Translations under genes and position numbers: made by a program
In this document: positions 57,220 to 64,000 of the stretch, piece by piece
How the letters are laid out: the number at the start of each line of letters is the position of its first letter
Numbering within the stretch: position 1 is the first letter of the stretch
Notes under the pieces: model-generated
The model's input: only the letters and a program-made list of their open reading frames with translations
Database searches by the model: none
Told to the model about the DNA's origin: nothing
Assembly: GCA_017501355.1 (NCBI GenBank)
Contig: JAFVXA010000012.1
Coordinates: forward strand, 3,688 to 67,687
Reading direction: 5' to 3'
DNA length: 64,000 nucleotides
Origin: Oscillospiraceae bacterium
GTDB lineage: Bacteria > Bacillota > Clostridia > Oscillospirales > Oscillospiraceae

Positions 57220-58098
57220 TTATTCGATGTTCTGCACCTGCTCGCGGATCTTCTCCACCTCAGCCTTCAGCTCCACCACCACGCGGGCGATAGCAACATC
57301 GCTGCACTTGGAGCCGATGGTGTTGGACTCGCGGTTGACCTCCTGAATGAGGAAGTCCAGCTTGCGACCCACAGGTTCCTCCGCGCGGAGCATCTCGCGC
57401 AGCTGAGAGAGATGGCTGCGCAGGCGCACTGTCTCCTCATCCACTGCCACCTTATCTGCGAAAATCGCAGCTTCGGTGAGAATGCGGCTCTCATCAATGG
57501 TGGTGCTCTGCAGCACCTCCTTCATGCGGCTTTCCAGCTTTTCGCGGTATTCCTTCACCGTCTCGGGGGAGCGTTTTTCCACCTGCGCAGTCAGTGCTTC
57601 GATATGGTCCAGTCGACCGCCGATATCCTCTGCCATCTTCTCGCCTTCCATGCCGCGCATGGCGTTGTAGTTTGCAAGAGCTTCCTCCAGCACCGCGCAG
57701 AGGTCTGCCTTCACCGTCTCCAGATCCTCCTCTGCCTTGGTGACCGTCAGCACATCGGGATAGCGGGAAATGGTCACGGGAGAAATGTCAGCGGGCATCC
57801 CCAGTTCCTCTGCAAGGGCATTCAGCGCTTCGGCATAGCTCTTTGCGAGACCACGGTTGAGCTGCACCACAGAGGTATCCGCACCGGTGGAATCCACCGT
57901 CACGAACACATCCACCTTGCCACGGGAGACAGCCTTCTGCACCCCCGCCTTGATGGTGTCCTCCGCAAAGATATAGCTGCGGGGCAGTTTTACGGTGCAG
58001 TCAAGGTAGCGATTGTTGACGCTGCGAACCTCCACCGTGATGTCACGGCCATGGAGCAGCTGTTTGCCTCGGCCGTAGCCGGTCATGCTTTTGATCAT
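57220..58098 (-). CDS. yicC: YicC/YloC-family stress-induced protein
   Basis: ATG 58098 gives MIKSMTGYGRG (track start 58185). C-terminal ...REVNRESNTIGSK. Confidence 0.85.
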   Translation of the reverse strand: MIKSMTGYGRGKQLLHGRDITVEVRSVNNRYLDCTVKLPRSYIFAEDTIKAGVQKAVSRGKVDVFVTVDSTGADTSVVQLNRGLAKSYAEALNALAEELGMPADISPVTISRYPDVLTVTKAEEDLETVKADLCAVLEEALANYNAMRGMEGEKMAEDIGGRLDHIEALTAQVEKRSPETVKEYREKLESRMKEVLQSTTIDESRILTEAAIFADKVAVDEETVRLRSHLSQLREMLRAEEPVGRKLDFLIQEVNRESNTIGSKCSDVAIARVVVELKAEVEKIREQVQNIE

Positions 58099-58153
58099 GA
58101 TTTGTTCCTTTCTCTCACCAGACGGCTTTTGCCGCCGTCGTTTCAACTTGTTT

Positions 58154-58792
58154 TCAGCAGAAGCAGGGCAGGCAGTACACACCACTGCTCATGGAGGAGC
58201 AGCACGCTGTCATGGCACAGAGGCGTATACAGTAGGTATCGCTGCAATCGGCAGTACCGAAGGTATGATACCCTTCCGGACGATAGCCGCCATCACTCAT
58301 CATGGAGAGGGCGCGGGCATATTCCGCGTTGCCGGGATCCATCTGGCAGGCAGTTTCATAGTATCGCTTCGCCTGATCCATCCAGCCGCGGCGATAACAG
58401 ATTGTACCCTTGAGGAAGTTCCACTCCGCATTGTGATCGTCAATGGCATTGAGCAAACCCTCTGCCCGGGCAATGTCGCCCCGGCTGATCGCCATGCGCA
58501 CCTGCTGCATGACAGACGATCCGCCATAGGTGCTGCCGTAGGACTGATAGCCGCCGTAGCCGTACTGATAGGAGCTCTGTCCATAGCCACTGACACTCTG
58601 CCCGCTGCGCCGCTTCTGGATCTCCTCATAGGCAGAGTTGATCTCTTTCATCTTCTCCTGCGCCAGATCCGCCAGCGGATTATCGTGATAATTGTCGGGG
58701 TGATACTTCCGCGCCAGATCTCGATAGGCTTTCTTGACCTCGTCATCCGATGCATTCTCACTCACATTCAAAACCTTGTAAGGATCGTTCAT
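58154..58792 (-). CDS. J-domain protein with G/Y/S-rich linker, TPR-like region and a cysteine-string C-terminus
   Basis: 212 aa. The J domain contains YKVLNV...[14 protein letters not shown]. The tail [30 protein letters not shown] has 9 Cys in 30 aa. Confidence 0.8.
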   Translation of the reverse strand: MNDPYKVLNVSENASDDEVKKAYRDLARKYHPDNYHDNPLADLAQEKMKEINSAYEEIQKRRSGQSVSGYGQSSYQYGYGGYQSYGSTYGGSSVMQQVRMAISRGDIARAEGLLNAIDDHNAEWNFLKGTICYRRGWMDQAKRYYETACQMDPGNAEYARALSMMSDGGYRPEGYHTFGTADCSDTYCIRLCAMTACCSSMSSGVYCLPCFC

Positions 58793-59676
58793 ATATTGCC
58801 CTCTTTATTTTTGCTGCGTTTTGCTCTGCGAAATTCTCCCGCAAGAACCGCGTGTCCCACCTGATACAGTCCCTCGTAAAACGTACTGCGCAGCAGCGCC
58901 GCCCAGCAGCCGAAATCCCAGAGCTCAAAGGCTGCCGCCATACTCCGGACGGACCGATCAAGAGTCATGGCAAAGTCCTGTTTCGCCTCATCCGTCAGCT
59001 TCCCCTCCGTAAGCCCATAGCGCGGAATCAAGGGGTTGAAGCTGCCGCTTTTGTAATCTTTTTCCAAATCGTCTGCCGCATCCACCAGATAGATCCAGCG
59101 TCCCATGTGATACAACATCTCGCGGTAGACCCGCTGCCGCACAGGGTCGTCCAGCTCCGCCGCCACCCCTGCAAGAAGCTCGGCAAAGGCATCTGCGGGT
59201 TCATCCAGTGTGGTGCAGCCGTTTTTCTCCAGCTCGTCCAGCTTTGTCAGCTGCAGGCGCGTCGCTTCATCAAATGTCGGGCGATCCTCCGCTGCCTTTC
59301 GGTATGCGCCGCGAAGCACTCGCTCCGCTGCGCGGTATTTCAGTCGCTTCCAGCCTCTGCTGTCATGGATGCCATCCATGATCTGCCAGTAGGCAAGGAT
59401 CACACTGCACGCCGCCGCCTTTTCCAGTGCCGCCGTTCTCTTCGCCGCACAGCGTCCCTTGCAGGGATGTGCCACACAGCGGCGGCAAGCTGTCTGCTCT
59501 TCCTCGCCGTCCGAAAGCAGCACAGCGAGATAGGTCAGATCGTAGTTCAGGATCAGAGATGCGGCAAAGCCGTATTTCTCCCGCAGCGTGTGGCAAAGCC
59601 CACAGTACATGGACTGAAAGCCCGCCCGTTCTTCCTCCGTCAGTTTTTCCCGGGAGGGCAGCACATAGCCAAACAT
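58789..59676 (-). CDS. Cys-rich conserved hypothetical protein (resembles the Clostridia DUF5685 family)
   Basis: 295 aa. Motifs CGLCHTL and [13 protein letters not shown]. Overlaps both neighbours (ATGA and TGATG). The DUF assignment is from memory. Confidence 0.5.
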   Translation of the reverse strand: MFGYVLPSREKLTEEERAGFQSMYCGLCHTLREKYGFAASLILNYDLTYLAVLLSDGEEEQTACRRCVAHPCKGRCAAKRTAALEKAAACSVILAYWQIMDGIHDSRGWKRLKYRAAERVLRGAYRKAAEDRPTFDEATRLQLTKLDELEKNGCTTLDEPADAFAELLAGVAAELDDPVRQRVYREMLYHMGRWIYLVDAADDLEKDYKSGSFNPLIPRYGLTEGKLTDEAKQDFAMTLDRSVRSMAAAFELWDFGCWAALLRSTFYEGLYQVGHAVLAGEFRRAKRSKNKEGNI

Positions 59677-60089
59677 CAGATGCTGAGAGAACGGACGATG
59701 GTATAGTTCACGGAACCGGTCTTCTTCATGCGGCGATCCACGATGATCGCAGGCAGCATACCAAGGAAGAAGGATGCGATGGCAATGGCATAACGCAGAT
59801 TTTCGCTGCCCATGCCTTCGCTTGCGAAATAGCCCACAAGGAAAAGCACCAACGGCACACTGTAAACCAGTGCGATGATGCCAAGGAGCTGCCGGGTAGA
59901 GGTCTCCACGATCACCTTTTCACCGGGCACTGCGCCGATGGGGTTCGCTGCGGAAGCCAGCACAGAGCTGCCGCTGATGCCGCAGCCGGCACACTCCTCA
60001 CAATCGTGACCGCAGGCGGATTTTCTGGGCACTGCGATCTCCGCCATGCCGTTACTCAGGATTCTCTGTACCGTTGCTGTCTGTGTCAT
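59676..60089 (-). CDS. RseC/MucC-family (SoxR-reducing-system type) small membrane protein
   Basis: 137 aa. N-terminal CGHDCEECAGCG motif followed by two TM helices. Confidence 0.65.
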   Translation of the reverse strand: MTQTATVQRILSNGMAEIAVPRKSACGHDCEECAGCGISGSSVLASAANPIGAVPGEKVIVETSTRQLLGIIALVYSVPLVLFLVGYFASEGMGSENLRYAIAIASFFLGMLPAIIVDRRMKKTGSVNYTIVRSLSI

Positions 60090-60106
60090 ATTGTTAACCT
60101 TTCTTG

Positions 60107-61408
60107 TCAGTTTGCTGTTTCTGTATTTTCAGAATTGTCGGGGTTATCCGGCTGCTCAGGTGTTTCGCTCAGGACCTCTTCTACAAGGTCCACCTCCACC
60201 TGATAGCTGCCCAGTGCGCCAAGATCGCCATCCCCCTCATACCGCACCACCGCAGGCACCGAGTAGTGACCCGGTACCATGATACCGGAGAGGTCTGCCT
60301 CCACCACGATCTTTGCCACATCGCAGTTTTCCAGCGCGTCGATCTTGCCGCGGAGCATCACATTCATGCTTTCGAGACTGATGATCGCTTCCATACCCTC
60401 GGGTACATTCTTCGCGGTCAAGTTGGTGGTCTCGAATCTTGCCGTGTCAATACCGCTCTTGATGGTGATGCTGACAGTCACTTCTCTCTTACCGTCCAGA
60501 CTGATCACACCATCGGGCAGCTTCAGCATAATGCTCTTGTTGCCGCTGGAGAGGATCTCCGCAAGGTCATACTCTGCCACCAGCAGTTCTTCCAGATCCT
60601 GCATGAGATACCGTTCGCCCGCCACTTTCATTGTCTGGGGCAGCACCGTTGCCACCACGTCCGCTTCACGCAGACCGGGAGCTTCATGCAGCCTGACCTT
60701 CAGCGGGATCTGCTTGACCTGATAGATGGGAATGCTGAGGGGCAGCTCATCGTGGTTCGCATAGATCTTCACGCCCTCAATGAGGCGATCCGCGCTGTCA
60801 TAGAACTGATAGCTCACCATTTCGTTGACGGAAGCATCCAGCCCCTCCACATCATAGCTCACCTTCGCGTAGCTGACGCGGATGACATCCCTCTGCTCGC
60901 CGTGGATATTCAGCGAATCCACGGTGATGATGGGCTCGCGCAGGGTATAGCCCTGCTTGACCTCGCCCGTGACTTCATACTTCACATCCACCGTTTTCTT
61001 GAACAGTTCTCCGACGGTCACGTTCACCGAGTAGCAGGATGCGGACTCCACGGTGATCTTGCTCTTCTGCACGTTGGCAGGATAATTCACGGAGTAAGTC
61101 AAGGCATAATTGCCTGTGCTGTTGATCTCCTTCAGATCCACCAGCACGGAAAGATCCCGGGTATCCAGGGCATACAGAATATTGCGGCGGGCACGGAGCT
61201 TCAGATCTACCGTGTCAACAGAGGAGCTCACCAGCATCAGACCGCGGTCAGCCAGCACATCGTCCTCACCCACAAACACCACGGGCACACTCTTTGCCCG
61301 CACCGTGATCTCCGTAGAGTCCACACTGCCCACATACAGCCACAGCATGGCTGCGAGGATGATCGACAGCGCGATCTTGATCGCCTTTTCACTGTTAGTC
61401 CGATTCAT
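60107..61408 (-). CDS. cdaR: YbbR-domain protein, CdaA regulator
   Basis: ATG 61408 lies 9 nt after GGGAG (track start 61480) and overlaps the end of cdaA. N-terminal TM helix, then repeated YbbR-like beta modules. Confidence 0.8.
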   Translation of the reverse strand: MNRTNSEKAIKIALSIILAAMLWLYVGSVDSTEITVRAKSVPVVFVGEDDVLADRGLMLVSSSVDTVDLKLRARRNILYALDTRDLSVLVDLKEINSTGNYALTYSVNYPANVQKSKITVESASCYSVNVTVGELFKKTVDVKYEVTGEVKQGYTLREPIITVDSLNIHGEQRDVIRVSYAKVSYDVEGLDASVNEMVSYQFYDSADRLIEGVKIYANHDELPLSIPIYQVKQIPLKVRLHEAPGLREADVVATVLPQTMKVAGERYLMQDLEELLVAEYDLAEILSSGNKSIMLKLPDGVISLDGKREVTVSITIKSGIDTARFETTNLTAKNVPEGMEAIISLESMNVMLRGKIDALENCDVAKIVVEADLSGIMVPGHYSVPAVVRYEGDGDLGALGSYQVEVDLVEEVLSETPEQPDNPDNSENTETAN

Positions 61409-62255
61409 GGTCATTCGCTCCCTTCTTCCAGAACTGTGTCCAGAGCTTTTTCCACTCGGGCTCGTCCTTTTCCGCGCCATCCTGCGGCAACAATTCGTTG
61501 CGCAGGATATTTTCCAGAGTTTCGGGCTTCAGATGACGCTTCAGCATACCGCCGATGGCGACGGAGATGCCGCCCGTCTCCTCCGAGACGATGACCACCA
61601 CACTGTCGGCATTCTCACTCATGCCGATGCCGGCACGGTGTCTCATGCCCAGCTCGCGGCTGAGATTCACGTTGGTGGACAGCGGCAGCATACAGCCCGC
61701 TGCCAGCACACGCCCATAGCGCATGATCACCGCGCCATCGTGCATGGGAGCTTTGACAAAGAAGATGTTCTTCAGCAGCTCCGAGGACACTTCCGCATCC
61801 AGCGTGGTGCCGCTGCGAACCATTTCATCGAGGTTCATCTCACGCTCAAACACGATCAGCGCACCGGTACGGGTGCGGGACATATCCTCGCACGCCAGCA
61901 CCGTCTGCACAATGGCACTTTCCATCATGCTGGCAGGCTGCTGCTTTCCAAACAGATTCGCAACGCCAAAGCGCTGGCTGCCCACACGCTCCAGCATCTT
62001 TCTGATCTCGGGCTGGAAGAGAATGATCAGACCCAGAAGTCCGTATTCCACCAGATGTCCGAGAATAAAGTTCAGACCGTGCAGTTCCAGTTCCATGGAA
62101 AGCCACAGCGCAAAAAGCAGCAGGGCAACGCCCTTGATCAGATTCGACGAGGATGTGTTCCTCACGAAGCCCAGCAATTTATAGATCAGGAATGCCATGA
62201 TCACAATATCGAGCACGTCGCCGAACTTCAGATATCGAATCATATTGACCAGCAT
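61395..62255 (-). CDS. cdaA: diadenylate cyclase (membrane-anchored, DisA_N/DAC domain)
   Basis: Three N-terminal TM helices. DAC motifs HDGAVI, RHRAGIG and SEETG. Start is uncertain (GTG 62270/62261 or ATG 62255). Confidence 0.9.
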   Translation of the reverse strand: MLVNMIRYLKFGDVLDIVIMAFLIYKLLGFVRNTSSSNLIKGVALLLFALWLSMELELHGLNFILGHLVEYGLLGLIILFQPEIRKMLERVGSQRFGVANLFGKQQPASMMESAIVQTVLACEDMSRTRTGALIVFEREMNLDEMVRSGTTLDAEVSSELLKNIFFVKAPMHDGAVIMRYGRVLAAGCMLPLSTNVNLSRELGMRHRAGIGMSENADSVVVIVSEETGGISVAIGGMLKRHLKPETLENILRNELLPQDGAEKDEPEWKKLWTQFWKKGANDHESD

Positions 62256-62293
62256 TTCCACGCAGATCACCCCTTATAGCCATAGATACACTA

Positions 62294-62322
62294 ATTCTAT
62301 ATTATTTCAGAGTAAAATGCAA
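62294..62322 (-). promoter_or_regulatory. candidate promoter of cdaA-cdaR
   Basis: Minus strand TTGCAT (62322-17), 17-nt spacer, TAGAAT (62299-94). Confidence 0.5.
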
Positions 62323-62347
62323 GAAAAACACTGTCCGCAAACGGGTT

Positions 62348-63475
62348 TCAGCGGGTCATTTCCCGCATTATTTTCAAAATATTCATAACTTCCTCTTCCC
62401 TGTTGAAGGCAGAAAAACTGAGGCGCACCGTTCCCGTCTCAAGCGTCCCCGCGCTTTCGTGGGCAAGGGGCGCACAATGCAGCCCCGCACGGACGCAGAC
62501 CTCCCGCCGGGCAAGCTGCTCTGCCACGGCTTCCGCCGCCATTCCCTCCACCGTGAAGGACAGGACGGAGTACTGTCTCCCCTCTTTCGCCGATGCGAAG
62601 GTCCTCACTCCCGGGATCGTGGAAAGTCCTTCCGCCGCAAGGCGAAGCAGCTTTTGTTCATGCCGTCGGATCCGCTTCGTCCCAAGGGTTTTCACAAAGC
62701 GGACACCCTCCCGCAGTCCTGCGATACCGGGAACGTTCAGCGTGCCCGCCTCCATTCGGTCGGGAAGCGCCTGCGGCATGGTCTTATCCTTGGAAAAGCT
62801 CCCTGTCCCGCCGTAGAGCAGGGGCTTTGTCTCTGCATCCCTTCCGCAAAGCAGCACTCCCGTGCCCTGCGGACCATAGAGCCCTTTGTGCCCCGGCATG
62901 GCAGCAAATGTCACGCCCCATGCATCGAGCTGCAGCGGCAGCATTCCTGCCGACTGGGACGCGTCAATGACCAGAGGGATCTGCCGCGCCCGGCAAAGTG
63001 CCGCGAGCTCCTCCACAGGCTGCACCGCACCGAACACATTGGAAACATGGGTGCAGATCACCGCCTTTGTGTCGCTGCGAAGGGCTTTTTCAAACGCCGC
63101 AAGGGTCTCCTCCATCGAAAAAAGCGGCGCTCGTGCCACGCTCAGCTCCACATCCTGCAAGGCATAGAGGGGTCTTGTCACAGCATTGTGCTCATATCCC
63201 GAGATCACCGCGTGCCCGCCCTCGGCAAGCAAGCTGTGGATGGCAATATTCAATCCATGGGTGGCGTTCTGGGTAAAGATCACCCGCTCGCTGTCGCTGA
63301 CACCGAACAGATCCGTCAATTCCTCACGACAGGTGTATACAATTTCCGCTGCTTCCATTGCCTGCGCATATCCGCCCCGACCGGGGGAGCTCGCCCGCTG
63401 CATGGCTTTTGCCACCGCGCGGCGCACCGCATCCGGCTTTTGGAACGTGGTGGCAGCACTGTCGAGATAGATCAT
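62348..63475 (-). CDS. class V aminotransferase / cysteine desulfurase family protein
   Basis: 375 aa. MIYLDSAATT and a PLP-lysine context PGHKGLYGPQG. Confidence 0.85.
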   Translation of the reverse strand: MIYLDSAATTFQKPDAVRRAVAKAMQRASSPGRGGYAQAMEAAEIVYTCREELTDLFGVSDSERVIFTQNATHGLNIAIHSLLAEGGHAVISGYEHNAVTRPLYALQDVELSVARAPLFSMEETLAAFEKALRSDTKAVICTHVSNVFGAVQPVEELAALCRARQIPLVIDASQSAGMLPLQLDAWGVTFAAMPGHKGLYGPQGTGVLLCGRDAETKPLLYGGTGSFSKDKTMPQALPDRMEAGTLNVPGIAGLREGVRFVKTLGTKRIRRHEQKLLRLAAEGLSTIPGVRTFASAKEGRQYSVLSFTVEGMAAEAVAEQLARREVCVRAGLHCAPLAHESAGTLETGTVRLSFSAFNREEEVMNILKIMREMTR

Positions 63476-63723
63476 GGCAGCACCTCTCTTACCTCGCTGC
63501 CGCTGCGGACAAATATCTGATAGGGCATCAGCCCTGCATCTCGCAAGATCGCAAGCGCCGCATCCATCCGCTCGGGACGGAGACGCAGCGCATAGGAACA
63601 GCCCCGTTCACTGAGGGAGGCAGGGGCGCGGATCAATGCCGCCGTGATCCCCCGCTTTCGCAGCTCCGCGTCCATGCGCTGGGCACGGGTGATACTGCGG
63701 GCTGTGAGCAATACATCTTCCAC
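63472..63723 (-). CDS. DUF3343-like small protein (putative S/Se carrier-like)
   Basis: 83 aa. GTG 63723 lies 8 nt after GGAGG. A single conserved-looking Cys (ERGCSYAL). Overlaps the desulfurase start by 4 nt. Confidence 0.6.
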   Translation of the reverse strand: MEDVLLTARSITRAQRMDAELRKRGITAALIRAPASLSERGCSYALRLRPERMDAALAILRDAGLMPYQIFVRSGSEVREVLP

Positions 63724-63811
63724 AGATCAAACCTCCTTTCTCCCCATACTATGTAGAGATTTGGGAATAAGTTCTCCCAATTATGTTTATTATAATGGCA
63801 AAATAAAACAG

Positions 63812-63838
63812 TAAAAGCGGCAGGAAAACCTGCCGCTT
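63812..63838 (-). terminator. terminator-like hairpin after ispF
   Basis: 10-bp stem AAGCGGCAGG/CCTGCCGCTT followed by TTTACTGTTTT on the minus strand. Confidence 0.6.
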
Positions 63839-63852
63839 TGTGCCTGCACTGT

Positions 63853-64000
63853 TCACTTCTTTTCCAGCAGCGCAATCGCCTGCGCCGCCATGCCGGAGCC
63901 GTCCCCCGTAAAACCAAGCTTTTCTTCGGTAGTCGCCTTCACGCTGATCTGATCCACAGCGATACCCAATGCCTGCGCCATATTCCGGCGCATCTGCTCG
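63853..64000 (-). CDS. ispF: 2-C-methyl-D-erythritol 2,4-cyclodiphosphate synthase, C-terminal fragment (5' part beyond the window)
   Basis: Hand translation gives ...[31 protein letters not shown], which matches the IspF C-terminus (VKATTTEKLGFTGRGEGIA..AVALL). Confidence 0.75.
   Translation of the reverse strand, partial: EQMRRNMAQALGIAVDQISVKATTEEKLGFTGDGSGMAAQAIALLEKK

Noticed and set aside
1-64000. CRISPR arrays, tandem repeats, IS elements, toxin-antitoxin pairs, and restriction or other defence genes.
   Set aside because: The largest non-coding gap is 568 bp and is accounted for by promoters and the riboswitch. No spaced direct repeats or mobile or defence gene families were recognised in any frame.

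Overview
Dense, almost entirely core-genome window: about 57 protein genes and 1 tRNA. There is no rRNA, CRISPR array, transposase, integrase or phage gene. The source looks like a high-GC Firmicute. Synteny (yicC-remA-gmk-rpoZ-priA-def-fmt-rsmB-rlmN-stp-prkC-rsgA, addB-addA, cdaA-cdaR) suggests an anaerobic Clostridia member such as Oscillospiraceae/Ruminococcaceae; the taxon is inference only. Layout: (1) 1-3.3 kb, nucleoside/purine salvage (ABC ATPase, BMP lipoprotein, xpt). (2) 3.7-8.2 kb, an ATC-hydrolase-like / M20 amidohydrolase / EEP operon plus monocistronic cstA. (3) 8.4-17.9 kb, a nine-gene minus-strand pyrimidine operon (pyrC-carB-pyrK-pyrD-pyrF-HAD-pyrE-pyrB-pyrI) with no carA and no PyrR attenuator. 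(4) A 568-bp divergent control region. (5) 18.2-29.9 kb, a nine-gene plus-strand purine operon behind a ZTP riboswitch (purE-C-F-M-N, PurO-like cyclohydrolase, AICARFT-only purH, purD, purL). (6) 30-35.8 kb, a patch of monocistronic genes (LysR regulator, decayed alanine/cation symporter, NahK-like kinase, asnA, GGDEF cyclase) ending at tRNA-Arg(ACG). (7) 36-64 kb, a minus-strand housekeeping block. I found no clear-cut novel multi-gene system or defence island. The items most worth a second look are: the operon's only PurF lacks the Cys1 nucleophile; a 200-nt structured spacer sits in front of purD; the xpt leader is structured but unclassified; a translationally coupled Cys-rich trio (RseC-like / DUF5685-like / J-protein with a cysteine-string tail); and an AtcB/AtcC-like enzyme pair. 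Many long ORFs in the track are codon-aligned antisense shadows of real genes. All family calls come from reading the translations and from memory of family motifs; no database search was run.
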